Virus record (IMG/VR): IMGVR_UViG_3300037156_000068
Span: 1 to 63,314 of that record
From: a virus
Lineage: Duplodnaviria > Caudoviricetes
Reading direction: 5' to 3' (one strand)
DNA: 63,314 bases
A model generated the notes under the pieces. The model ran no database searches, was not told the DNA's origin, and saw only the letters and a list, made by a program, of their open reading frames with translations. Positions 27,089 through 36,403 of this stretch are shown here, piece after piece. How positions within the stretch are numbered: the stretch's first letter is position 1; the number at the start of each line of letters is the position of its first letter. Made by a program: the position numbers and the translations under genes.

Positions 27089-27810
27089 TAATATCCGTCA
27101 CTATAGACATTGTAACCGCGCTGAGCACCAATCACAGCGGCGGGCATCTTCATCGTGGGGACCTGTACGTTAGCCCCTCGGATAACATTTAGTGCGTCTT
27201 TAGCCAGCTCAATCATAACTGGATCAGGAGGCATCCTATACGCAACTCGCAGACGAACCTGAAGATTGTAGGACAGGGCCGCCTCATACTCAGGAGGTAA
27301 GTTGATCGTCTGAGTTAAAGAGGTGAACGCAGTGAGTTGGTTCTTTACGAGTATGTGTAATTCATATAGATTGGCCTTGGGTACTGGCCACGCGAAGACT
27401 GTACCTGTGGGCCAGTTGGAATCATAAAACATGATAGATGGCCAGGTGCCCATAGTCTTTAGGCGGATACGGTTATAGTCTTCATGCGAGGGTAGCAATT
27501 GTAGGGGATAGTCGATTTGTTGTGTATTACCTGTTGCAATCTGGCGCAGGAAGCACCCATCCTCTAGCCTGTCTGGCCTGGGCGTATTGAATTGTTGCCC
27601 AGTACCAACTGTATAACTCTCTCCCCCGGTGGTAACGACGGACACATCTGTTAGATTATAGATCAACCAACGCTTACGATTCCATTGTCCAATCATATAA
27701 TTGACACGGATCAGCGCATTCTGAATGTCTTCCGCAGTGGCAATCTGACCCACGCCGAGGATACCGGAGTCGATTAGCGCTAGGGACAGAAGGTCATTCA
27801 CAGTGGTCAT
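27088..27810 (-). CDS. head-tail adaptor (P22 gp4-like)
   Basis: ALIDSGILG.G....AED...AL..VN.M...W; LPPEYEAAL.YNL. Confidence 0.8.
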   Translation of the reverse strand: MTTVNDLLSLALIDSGILGVGQIATAEDIQNALIRVNYMIGQWNRKRWLIYNLTDVSVVTTGGESYTVGTGQQFNTPRPDRLEDGCFLRQIATGNTQQIDYPLQLLPSHEDYNRIRLKTMGTWPSIMFYDSNWPTGTVFAWPVPKANLYELHILVKNQLTAFTSLTQTINLPPEYEAALSYNLQVRLRVAYRMPPDPVMIELAKDALNVIRGANVQVPTMKMPAAVIGAQRGYNVYSDGY

Positions 27811-27820
27811 TTAGTTCTCT

Positions 27821-28258
27821 TTACTCGAAAGGGTTGGCAGTCGGGTCGAACCCGGCGTCTTCAATCGCTTTGGTAATCTTAGCGGGGCCCCAGCGCTTAT
27901 CCACGGGAACCTTGTTTACGGAGGCCAGGGTCAGAAGACGAGTACGCTCATCCTCTTCGCTGATAACTTCCTCGCCACCGAGAGCTTCACGCTCCTCTTC
28001 GGCATTATTCACCAGGACATAGTGCTTAGGCTTATCGGGGTGCGGATAGACATGTTTAGGGTACTCATAGAACTGGTAGGGCATATCGTCTCCTGAAGTG
28101 AATTGGCCGGGGAGATCCCAGCGAGATCGGTTTATACGCGAGAATGTAGTTTGACGGATGGCTGGTGGCGTAGTTTTAGCGTGACCACCAGATGCGGAGT
28201 GACCATTACTGCGAACAGATTTGGCCGCCCCTAAATCATCATCATCTTTACTAGACAT
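27821..28258 (-). CDS. hypothetical head-module protein (start uncertain)
   Basis: EYPKHVY and C-terminal VDKRWG..KI. Confidence 0.55.
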   Translation of the reverse strand: MSSKDDDDLGAAKSVRSNGHSASGGHAKTTPPAIRQTTFSRINRSRWDLPGQFTSGDDMPYQFYEYPKHVYPHPDKPKHYVLVNNAEEEREALGGEEVISEEDERTRLLTLASVNKVPVDKRWGPAKITKAIEDAGFDPTANPFE

Positions 28259-28285
28259 TCTCGCGCATAGCCCTTAGTTTAAGAC

Positions 28286-29515
28286 TTAGACGGCATCCGC
28301 CACGATGACGGCCCATTCAGGTCGGATATAGAGATAACCGAATAGAACGTCAGCACGAGTGACCGTTTGGTCAGTACCAGGCACGTACGAGCGCAGGACA
28401 CGCATCGACACACCATCATACTCCTTACGGCTGCACTCAGTCATCGGAGGCTTCTCAAGGTCGGCAGTGACCATCGTGATCGCTTCAGGGGCGAAGGCGA
28501 TGTTCTTGCGGAACGTTGAGCCAGCATTCGTAACCAGGCTGATTACGGCGCTGTTGGCCGGGCTGATATCAACAGTTTGGTACTGCTGAGAGTTCTGGCC
28601 GGTAGTGGCTTGATAGCCCGCGCCGCCGGGGACAATAGCCGGATAGATCGGGATAGACGTGGCACCAGACAGGACGTTAGAGGTCACGACGAACTGACGA
28701 ACAGTTTGCAGTGATTGCTTAGTCACGCGGTTCACGGCATTCACGGAAGCAATGGTGATGATGTCACCTTGGTTCAGCGTACCGGTAATAGCATTAACAG
28801 TCAGGGTAGTACCGGTCTGGCTCGCACCGTTAACAGTACCGGCGGTAAAGGTGCCGGTGACGTGTTTGATGGTGGTTTGGTCTTCCAGCCAAGTGTAACC
28901 AGCCGCATTATAGACCGAGCCGTCACGGTACTGCTTAGAGATATCCGTGGCGGGGTTCAGTAGACCAGACAGCGAGCCGGTGAGGCGGGCCATCGAGTGC
29001 GGGTCTAGGACGATTTTACGGTCCAGTAGCGGGGCGGAGTTATCGGCCAGCAGAGCGCGGCTGTCTAGGACTTGTTGAAGGCCCGGGGACAGAACGTTGT
29101 TGCCAGAGTCGAAGTTGGCGACCAGGTTACAGACACCACCTTCAGAACCAGCCATGATCGAGCTGGCGATGTTACCAGCAAGGTTGTTCATGGCGGGGAG
29201 CAGGAAGCGCTCAGCATAGTCATCGACACTTAGGCTTTGCTCAGCCGAGCTGAAGGACAGGTCAACGTGACGTTGAGTGGCCAGAGCCAGGGTGAGTTGT
29301 TGCTCCTGGCTGTCTTGAGCCTGTAGGCCGGGACCGTCAGTAACAGTGTAGTCAAGGGGCAGTCGGACGCGCAGAGACGCACCGATTTTAGCGCCAGTAA
29401 CAGCAAAGGAGCTGTCGTATTGGGTGCTAAGATTCTGCATAAAGGCGTTGGAGTTCTTGAAGATCATTACCGCTTCGGCAGTGATCATGCTGATAGTAAG
29501 AAGGCTATTAGCCAT
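28286..29515 (-). CDS. major capsid protein (P22 coat family)
   Basis: MANSLLTISMIT.EA...KIGASLRVRLP...RADVLFG...RPEWA. Confidence 0.93.
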   Translation of the reverse strand: MANSLLTISMITAEAVMIFKNSNAFMQNLSTQYDSSFAVTGAKIGASLRVRLPLDYTVTDGPGLQAQDSQEQQLTLALATQRHVDLSFSSAEQSLSVDDYAERFLLPAMNNLAGNIASSIMAGSEGGVCNLVANFDSGNNVLSPGLQQVLDSRALLADNSAPLLDRKIVLDPHSMARLTGSLSGLLNPATDISKQYRDGSVYNAAGYTWLEDQTTIKHVTGTFTAGTVNGASQTGTTLTVNAITGTLNQGDIITIASVNAVNRVTKQSLQTVRQFVVTSNVLSGATSIPIYPAIVPGGAGYQATTGQNSQQYQTVDISPANSAVISLVTNAGSTFRKNIAFAPEAITMVTADLEKPPMTECSRKEYDGVSMRVLRSYVPGTDQTVTRADVLFGYLYIRPEWAVIVADAV

Positions 29516-29672
29516 GGAGTAATTTTCCCTTTAATGGCAAGACACCACCGAAATAGTAATGTCTAAATGAGTTCTAGTTCGGTGCCAGGGCCGAGGGAGT
29601 TACAGGCGACACACAGGTTTAAAGAGTCTGGTACTCTGCAGGATATTTAAAGACTGATCCAGGCGTCTTAGT

Positions 29673-29746
29673 TGGAGCCAGATGTAGGAGTCGAACCCAC
29701 GTCTCATCAGTACAAAAGATTAGCTCAACGGTAGAGCTAATCCGGC
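29673..29746 (-). tRNA. tRNA-Thr(UGU), atypical/degenerate
   Basis: acceptor GCCGGAT/ATCTGGC, encoded CCA, T-arm GTGGG-TTCGACT-CCTAC, D stem GCTC/GAGC; anticodon stem only 3 of 5 paired. Confidence 0.7.
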
Positions 29747-29749
29747 ATA

Positions 29750-30124
29750 TTACGCATCTAGCCTACTCACCCTAGCCTCTTCGGCAATTGAATCAAATAG
29801 ACTAATATCAACATGGATAGACAGAACATCGACCATAATGTTAGGATTATAGTCTTTGAAGTCGTCTCCATGTCCAATTTTCAGATGGCACTCTTTACTT
29901 GGGTCCATACATAATGTGATTAGATTAGTCGTATCAAGTTCTAGTGCCGGGTAAAGGTGAAAGGGTTTCTTATGGTGAACATTGAGTTTGGTTTTTGAAC
30001 CACAACATTCACAAACTGGATTAAGCTTTCGATAGGCCTTTTCAACTTTAGGCCATTCAGGGCTGCGGGGCTTTGTGATCCCAGCCACCTTATCACGAAC
30101 TTTAGTGTTCGCCAAGTTCACCAT
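29750..30124 (-). CDS. HNH endonuclease
   Basis: CECCG..LNVHH..NLITLC..CHLKIGH. Confidence 0.85.
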   Translation of the reverse strand: MVNLANTKVRDKVAGITKPRSPEWPKVEKAYRKLNPVCECCGSKTKLNVHHKKPFHLYPALELDTTNLITLCMDPSKECHLKIGHGDDFKDYNPNIMVDVLSIHVDISLFDSIAEEARVSRLDA

Positions 30125-30555
30125 GTATTGGACTCAAGCGCATCTGCACAACGTTCATCTCGCTCTTTAACCTCAGACTCCCACACCTTATTGTTTCTGA
30201 TATCATCCGCAGCGGCTTTATAATCACCACGGCCAATAGCTGCCAGAGTGATCGGCCATCTAATGAGACCGGTGATACCGATATTGTAAGCGATATTAAC
30301 CAATACATCTTGTCTTACTGATGAGAGACTAGACCAGAAAGGGAGTTTGCGTCCTAGAAGTGTGCTAAGGATCATAGTTCGTCCGAGAATTGAACCATTC
30401 GCTTGTGCTTGTGTCCAAACGGTACCTTCAGTGATACCCGGGCCGGTGCAACCATATCCAATTGTCCAGGGGGCTTTGCCAGTCCGGGGGTCAGGATACG
30501 CAGTTAACGACAGGCCCTCGTCCGATTTTAATTGATCTAGGCCTGCCGGTGTCAT
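30118..30555 (-). CDS. endolysin, GH24 lysozyme
   Basis: DEGLSLTAYPD...WTIGYG, NIAYNIG. Confidence 0.9.
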   Translation of the reverse strand: MTPAGLDQLKSDEGLSLTAYPDPRTGKAPWTIGYGCTGPGITEGTVWTQAQANGSILGRTMILSTLLGRKLPFWSSLSSVRQDVLVNIAYNIGITGLIRWPITLAAIGRGDYKAAADDIRNNKVWESEVKERDERCADALESNTW

Positions 30556-30827
30556 GTGTCCTTAACCTCTACATAAATGGCGTCATAGCGAAAGAATGAT
30601 TTTCTGAGTTCTACAAGTTTCTCTACGGTTCTACTTAAAGGACTTTTAGGTAACAGATCAGGGCGGCTAACGGGTGTCCAACCATAGTTAAATCGGATCT
30701 GAAATCCTGATAAAATTTTCTCAAAGGCTAGAGATATACTAAAAGTGTATTCCTCAGTTGTAAATCGATCTTCGTATAAGTTGTAACCAGACCTAACTTT
30801 CGTAAAAACCGGAGACCAGATACGCAT
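30552..30827 (-). CDS. hypothetical protein
   Basis: coupled ORF. Confidence 0.5.
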   Translation of the reverse strand: MRIWSPVFTKVRSGYNLYEDRFTTEEYTFSISLAFEKILSGFQIRFNYGWTPVSRPDLLPKSPLSRTVEKLVELRKSFFRYDAIYVEVKDT

Positions 30828-31648
30828 TACTTACGACCGTTGGCCCAGCGTGAGCCTTGCTTAGCACGGGCGGCGGCATAAGCCGACATATCGTTATCAT
30901 CCGCAATACGCTGCAAGTCCACGACCGGATTAGGTGAGCCGCGTACGGGGGAAATGGGCGCAGGGGCGGAGGAGACTGGGATAGACTTAGCAGCGCCTAA
31001 GGTGTTAGCAATCTTGGCCATCTCAGCCACCTTACGGATAGGCGTGAGGGCATTGATACGCTCAGCCTCATCCAGGTTAGTGCCCAGATAGTGCAAGACT
31101 GTGGGCCCGTCTTCGATGGCCATAGCGGAGTCAACCAAGTCCTTATTCATAAAGCCTGAGACCACGAGAGTATCCACCGCATCTTTCCAATCCTGGAACT
31201 TGTCAGCGCCAGTATTGTACATCTCATCAGCTTTACGATTGAATTCCGCCACCTCAGCACGAGCGGTGACTGCCGCATCGAAATCTGCTTGAGTATATGT
31301 ACCTGCGGGCTTGGAGGAGGCAGCAGGATCAACAGGAGCTTGTCCAGCGGCGAGAAGAGCCTCAGCAGCATCCGCACGAGCCTGTGCAGCGGCCAATTGC
31401 TCATCCTTAGCACTCAGGGTCTTGGTAAGATGTCCAACACGGCCCTTGAGGACCTCCTCAGCGCTCTTACGCGCCTTAACTGGTACCTCGGGCTCAACCG
31501 GGGTCTCAGGGGCCTCAGCGGGCGTCTCTTCGGCAGGGGCATCAGCGATAGGTTCAGCAGCAGGCTCGGGAGCGGGAGCAGTCTGCTCTAGACGAGGATC
31601 AGTAGCCCGTTGATCGAGACCAATTTGTTCAGCGTTCTCTTCAGCCAT
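30827..31648 (-). CDS. scaffolding protein
   Basis: acidic Pro/Glu N-terminus, GPTVLHYLG.N..EA.RI, SSAPAPISPV; between portal and coat. Confidence 0.8.
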   Translation of the reverse strand: MAEENAEQIGLDQRATDPRLEQTAPAPEPAAEPIADAPAEETPAEAPETPVEPEVPVKARKSAEEVLKGRVGHLTKTLSAKDEQLAAAQARADAAEALLAAGQAPVDPAASSKPAGTYTQADFDAAVTARAEVAEFNRKADEMYNTGADKFQDWKDAVDTLVVSGFMNKDLVDSAMAIEDGPTVLHYLGTNLDEAERINALTPIRKVAEMAKIANTLGAAKSIPVSSAPAPISPVRGSPNPVVDLQRIADDNDMSAYAAARAKQGSRWANGRK

Positions 31649-31736
31649 TTAGTAATTCCTTTTCACTAGTTTGAGCCAAGTGTTGGCTACACGGCGTTAT
31701 TGCCGGAGACATCGCAATATGCGCGAATATCGGAAT

Positions 31737-32039
31737 TTAGTTGAATTGTGCCTGTCTGGTCTCACCCTCAAGGCAAAGAGCTTCAAATACTTCAGTACGA
31801 ATATGTTCACTGAATTTAAAGGTTGGGTTCGCAGGATTAGAGTTAGGCTCTGGGATAAGCATCTGAGTTAGAGCCTTGCGAGCATCACCAATAAATGAGG
31901 ACCAGTTACTTTCAGTAAAGGATCTCATAGTGGGGTACGCTTGGTAGAAACGATAATTACAAGAGGCTAGGACTTCATAGACCTCACAAGCGATTTCATT
32001 AGCGGTCTTAGCAACTAATTTATGTGCAATCTTAGGCAT
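31737..32039 (-). CDS. conserved-looking hypothetical protein
   Basis: HKLVAKTA.EIA.E.YE...AR..L..ML. Confidence 0.55.
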   Translation of the reverse strand: MPKIAHKLVAKTANEIACEVYEVLASCNYRFYQAYPTMRSFTESNWSSFIGDARKALTQMLIPEPNSNPANPTFKFSEHIRTEVFEALCLEGETRQAQFN

Positions 32040-32299
32040 TAAGTGTCCCTGGCAGGTGATCTCGGACGCGGGGTATCTTCAGGGCGACTCTCGGTCGCTG
32101 GGAAAGAATCTTTATATACCGGGCGGGCACTATGAGCATAGCCACCATACTTATTATCGTTCCTATCTACTGAGCGGTTTGCACCAGCCTTAGTTGTAGT
32201 TTTGCCAACGACATTACCGGTCCTATGATTATAAATCTGATAATGATCAGGAGGGATTAAAGTATCCCCATTATATCTATGACCTAGAATTACAGACAT
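32039..32299 (-). CDS. hypothetical protein
   Basis: coupled ORF. Confidence 0.5.
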   Translation of the reverse strand: MSVILGHRYNGDTLIPPDHYQIYNHRTGNVVGKTTTKAGANRSVDRNDNKYGGYAHSARPVYKDSFPATESRPEDTPRPRSPARDT

Positions 32300-34434
32300 T
32301 AACTAACCTCTCCCGTGCCCTCATCTGGGGCCAAATCACTATCAAGAACTCTATGAGCCATCGTCAGATTACCCTCATGCTCTTGCATGGCGAAATCATG
32401 CTGCCACTGAAGAACGTCCTTTTGACTTGGATGAGTTTTTAGAATCACATCCAGCCTATCAGTAATAGCCTTATAGATATCAACATCCTTCTGAATGTCT
32501 TTATCTCTGATCTTCATCTGTAGTTCGACGAGCTTAGTGGACATAGTGGCTGTCAGTTGTTGGTTGGCCTGTAGCTCCTGTTGGAGCTGTTGAACCTGGC
32601 CATTAGTCTCACCGAGGGCCTGAGGAGGCACCATACGCTTAAGGCGTTCAGCGGCCTGCTCAGCCATGGGGAAGTCCGCAGCAAGTAAGACCAAATCACC
32701 AATAATAGACATAAGCTCAGGGGCCGTGGAGGCGATCTGACTTAGGGCGTTAAAGGCCTCCTGACGACGGGTCGCATAGTCCGGACCCACATCGCTGATC
32801 ACCTCATACTTACCTATCTTCGGATTCATGACAATCTGATCCGCTTCAGTCTCCAGGCTGGCCTTTTGCCTGACCATTATCTGCTGAGCGTCCGGATCAA
32901 GTTTAACCGTGGAGGCAGTACCGTCCTCAGCCATGATATTAATGATACGCGGAGTGTCATAGATCTTAGGGATTAGATCGATAATGATCTTACCTAGGCG
33001 ACGGATGGCCTGGGCCTGGTGTTCGATGAAATGGTACGTAGCATTCTCGCCCATACGTTGGCGAGCAGTGATGGCCGTACCAGAGCGTTCATTGCCCTGA
33101 ACACCCAAGGATGCCTGGTATTGCCCAGACACCATCATCATATCGTTAGAGGCATTCTCCATACCAGCTTGGTACAGAGGGGCACCTGTTGGAGGTACAG
33201 GCCTTGTTGGCTCTTCCAGCGGGTTCCCATCATCATCCATGTGATTCCACACGAGGACGGAGTAGTTCAACAGGTTAGCTGAGGCCCAGGCGTCTTGACC
33301 CTCGATGGCGGCGGCTGAGGCTATCCAAGGTGTCTTAGTCTGGAGGGCACCGTACTCGATGGCCGAGCTGGCGTTGTAGTTGAGCATACGCTGGGAATCT
33401 ATCATGGCCCGGATATGGCCCTTGCGATCCAGCTCGCCCTCGATCAGAGTCTTATGGCCAATGACCGGGACTACGGGGATGGTTGAACCGGCCCAGTCTT
33501 TCCTATCTACGACCTCATCACCAACGATCTTACACCATTTAATCTTGTTGCGGATGACCTCACGCTTCTTGGTAGTCGGGGCATCGATCTGCTCATTTAG
33601 AGCCTTGCGGAGCGCACCTTTCCAGGACGTGGTATCAGACTTAAAGATTGGAGTCTTCGCACCGGTGGAAGGATTGGTGAATACGAAGAGGGTATCTCGC
33701 TCAAGTTTCTTGTAGAAGTACTCGGCAACACGAACATGCTTCTCGGAGATCCAGCCCTCATCATTGCCCAGGGCGGTATGGACCATACGGTCCTTAAATT
33801 CGGGATATTCAACCTCGAAGTTATCACGAGGCATGTCCTCAAAGATGAATGCGAAGTTTGAGTCGGAGCCATCGGGCTCTTGGATGTCCGGATCGATGAA
33901 GACTGAGAGAGGGTCCGCAACCGCTGAGATCTTGATGTCTTGGTCGAATGTATCCTCATCGGTGTAGTCTGTGGTTACGCGCAGGACACCATAGCCTGAG
34001 ACCACTTGGTACTTGAAGGCTCGGGCATAATGGCTCTGGGCGTCTGAGGTGTACTCGATGTGACGTACGATGCCCTCTAGGACCTCAGCAGCCTCATAGG
34101 TCGCCTCGTTGCCCACGGGCTTAATTCTGATTGAGGACTTATTTTGTAGAGCATCATTGATTACCATATCACAATGCTTTGCCGACTTATTGACAGTCAG
34201 GCAGGGGCGCTCATTACCGGTGCCGAAGCCACGATCATTACGGACATTATCTGGCCACTGATACATATTGTACGCATCAGCATTATAGAACTTATAGTCC
34301 TCTAGCCAACGCTTACGAGCAATCGCCTCGAACGTGTCCGAACGACGAAAGCGCTGCTTCGCAGTACGAATCAGGTCGCTGTCCACATCTCCCTCTGGAG
34401 TATGACTGTCGTCGTCTAGGAATAGTTCGCTCAA
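32299..34434 (-). CDS. portal protein (P22-like)
   Basis: YQWP...RPCLTVNK, DSQRMLNY..S, NERSG.AI.ARQ, GKYEV..DVGP.YATRRQEA. Confidence 0.95.
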   Translation of the reverse strand: MSELFLDDDSHTPEGDVDSDLIRTAKQRFRRSDTFEAIARKRWLEDYKFYNADAYNMYQWPDNVRNDRGFGTGNERPCLTVNKSAKHCDMVINDALQNKSSIRIKPVGNEATYEAAEVLEGIVRHIEYTSDAQSHYARAFKYQVVSGYGVLRVTTDYTDEDTFDQDIKISAVADPLSVFIDPDIQEPDGSDSNFAFIFEDMPRDNFEVEYPEFKDRMVHTALGNDEGWISEKHVRVAEYFYKKLERDTLFVFTNPSTGAKTPIFKSDTTSWKGALRKALNEQIDAPTTKKREVIRNKIKWCKIVGDEVVDRKDWAGSTIPVVPVIGHKTLIEGELDRKGHIRAMIDSQRMLNYNASSAIEYGALQTKTPWIASAAAIEGQDAWASANLLNYSVLVWNHMDDDGNPLEEPTRPVPPTGAPLYQAGMENASNDMMMVSGQYQASLGVQGNERSGTAITARQRMGENATYHFIEHQAQAIRRLGKIIIDLIPKIYDTPRIINIMAEDGTASTVKLDPDAQQIMVRQKASLETEADQIVMNPKIGKYEVISDVGPDYATRRQEAFNALSQIASTAPELMSIIGDLVLLAADFPMAEQAAERLKRMVPPQALGETNGQVQQLQQELQANQQLTATMSTKLVELQMKIRDKDIQKDVDIYKAITDRLDVILKTHPSQKDVLQWQHDFAMQEHEGNLTMAHRVLDSDLAPDEGTGEVS

Positions 34435-34614
34435 GTGTCTTTCACTTTCTTGTTGCCTAGCGGCTTACGGAGGAACTTAGAATTGACATTCCCCTTTGAG
34501 CCTTTGGCGCTCACAACCGGGGTCTTAACGATACTAGACTTCATTATAACCCCTTTAAGCATGGATCACCGGGTACCCGCTCGATTGAGCACCCGGATCA
34601 CCTATTTCATTTAA

Positions 34615-35250
34615 TTAGTAGAGTAGCGCGGTGGGGCCAAGAGCGGCGGTATAAGTAGTCGCGGGAGTAAAGTTGGCCGAAGTACCGAAGGTGCCAGCAA
34701 CGGACCCAGTGACCAGTTGTGCGGTGGTCGCCACAGGAGCCGGGAAGTTGTAGGCGGCAAAGGTGGCAGTCGTACCATTTGACTGGAGGGTCAGGAAGTA
34801 CGTACCGGGGACCAGGTCAACAGTGGACGTGAAGGCAATTTGCTGCCACGTACCAGCAGTACCTGCGGTGGCCCCAGCAAGAGCGGAGGTGGCCACTAGA
34901 ACACCATTAACGTCATGGAGTTCAGCAATCCATTTGTCCGTACCACCAGTGGTACCCACGAGGAACTGAATGCCCGTAATCGTAGCTACGGGTGCAAGTT
35001 GATCCGCACCGCCATCAGCAGCGGCAGGGTTAGGAGCATTCACATCGACCGAACTGTAATACCGGGTCGAGGCGACCATAGTCTTAGGGGTGTTGTTAGT
35101 CAGAAGTTGGACAGCAGCCGCCAGAGACTGAAGAGAGAACTTCGCAGATTGCGGATTCTGACCGTTAGGAAGAGACGTATCTAGAGGGAACTTTTCGCCG
35201 CCATAGACAGTAGCGAGATTTTGGAAACCGTTAGTTAGCCAACCAGCCAT
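34615..35250 (-). CDS. virion structural protein (decoration-like)
   Basis: Thr/Gly/Ala-rich beta sandwich, WQQIAFTS.V.L.PGTY. Confidence 0.6.
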   Translation of the reverse strand: MAGWLTNGFQNLATVYGGEKFPLDTSLPNGQNPQSAKFSLQSLAAAVQLLTNNTPKTMVASTRYYSSVDVNAPNPAAADGGADQLAPVATITGIQFLVGTTGGTDKWIAELHDVNGVLVATSALAGATAGTAGTWQQIAFTSTVDLVPGTYFLTLQSNGTTATFAAYNFPAPVATTAQLVTGSVAGTFGTSANFTPATTYTAALGPTALLY

Positions 35251-35294
35251 GTGTATTATATTCCTTTGATTTAATTAATTGATTGTGTTATTGG

Positions 35295-36320
35295 TTAGGC
35301 GACAGTGATAGCTTTACCACCACCGGACGACGGGGCAGTCATGTTCATTTGGACATTAGTCGTTGGCGTAGTTTGCCAAGCGGTAATACCAATACTCAGG
35401 GATGAGCTGTCCAGGAGGACGTTCCCACCAGCGGAGACGGACACGTTAAGAGCCTGAGCCATCGTGGAGGCACCCGAAGAGCCATCGCCGTGGAAGCGAC
35501 AACGGACGAGATCAAGATACCTATCCATACCCGCAGCTTGGATCAAGATATGGCTAGATGCCGTACCGGACGAGCCTAGGTAAGCCTCAAATACACAGTC
35601 AATCATAGATAGGCGAGCACCATTACCGGCAATCTCAACGGTGTAGTTGGTGGCGTTGCGGGTCGTAGTATCATCACCAAATACGCAGTTCTGCCAAGTA
35701 GTTTCACCAGTAGAATTGTTGAACACGAATGCACGAGCACCAGTCAGGTTAGCCGTACCGGTAGACACGGTAGCATCCCCGAAGCCTAGGAATTCCACGT
35801 TGTTGTACATGGAACGACCAGCTTCGTCAGACCAGTTGATTAGGGCGGCCGAGGAGTTAGGCCAGCCGTAGAAGGTGCCGAAGTTCTCAAACTGACAGCC
35901 TTGTGCAGTCACCTGAACGAGCTTGTTAAAGCCGGTGGAACCTGTGACAGAGATACGAGCACGCTTCCCGCGAAGTTGCGTAGAGGCGATACCTACGAGG
36001 TGCGTAGCTGGAAGATTCCAAACAAGAGTGGCGGTGCGGTGCTGTGTGCCCCAGAAGGCCACGATAGCATTACGGCCGACCGAACTCAGACCAATGGCGG
36101 AGAGAGCGGCGGACTCAATAGCCAGAGCCCTGTCGAGAGTTGCCAGAGGTTGCTTAGGATTTTGACCAGTGTTATTCAGATTGTCTGAACCTTTGGTCTC
36201 GTTAACATAATAGGTGGGCCCAGAACCGGGACCGCTGTTAACTTCGCTCACTAGTGCATTTAGCTGATTACCATCAATCAGGCGAAAGCCTGGGGTAAAT
36301 TTTTCTGAAACATAGCCCAT
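35295..36320 (-). CDS. beta-helix virion protein
   Basis: TYYVN..KGSD.NNTG..P..PLATL.RA cap followed by beta-helix-like repeats. Confidence 0.65.
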   Translation of the reverse strand: MGYVSEKFTPGFRLIDGNQLNALVSEVNSGPGSGPTYYVNETKGSDNLNNTGQNPKQPLATLDRALAIESAALSAIGLSSVGRNAIVAFWGTQHRTATLVWNLPATHLVGIASTQLRGKRARISVTGSTGFNKLVQVTAQGCQFENFGTFYGWPNSSAALINWSDEAGRSMYNNVEFLGFGDATVSTGTANLTGARAFVFNNSTGETTWQNCVFGDDTTTRNATNYTVEIAGNGARLSMIDCVFEAYLGSSGTASSHILIQAAGMDRYLDLVRCRFHGDGSSGASTMAQALNVSVSAGGNVLLDSSSLSIGITAWQTTPTTNVQMNMTAPSSGGGKAITVA

Positions 36321-36403
36321 TTATAGCAGTCCTTCTATTGGCCGGTTATTAAGACATCAAGTCCAGAGCAGTGGCCAACCCTCTGGTGATGCGGTATAGA
36401 AAC

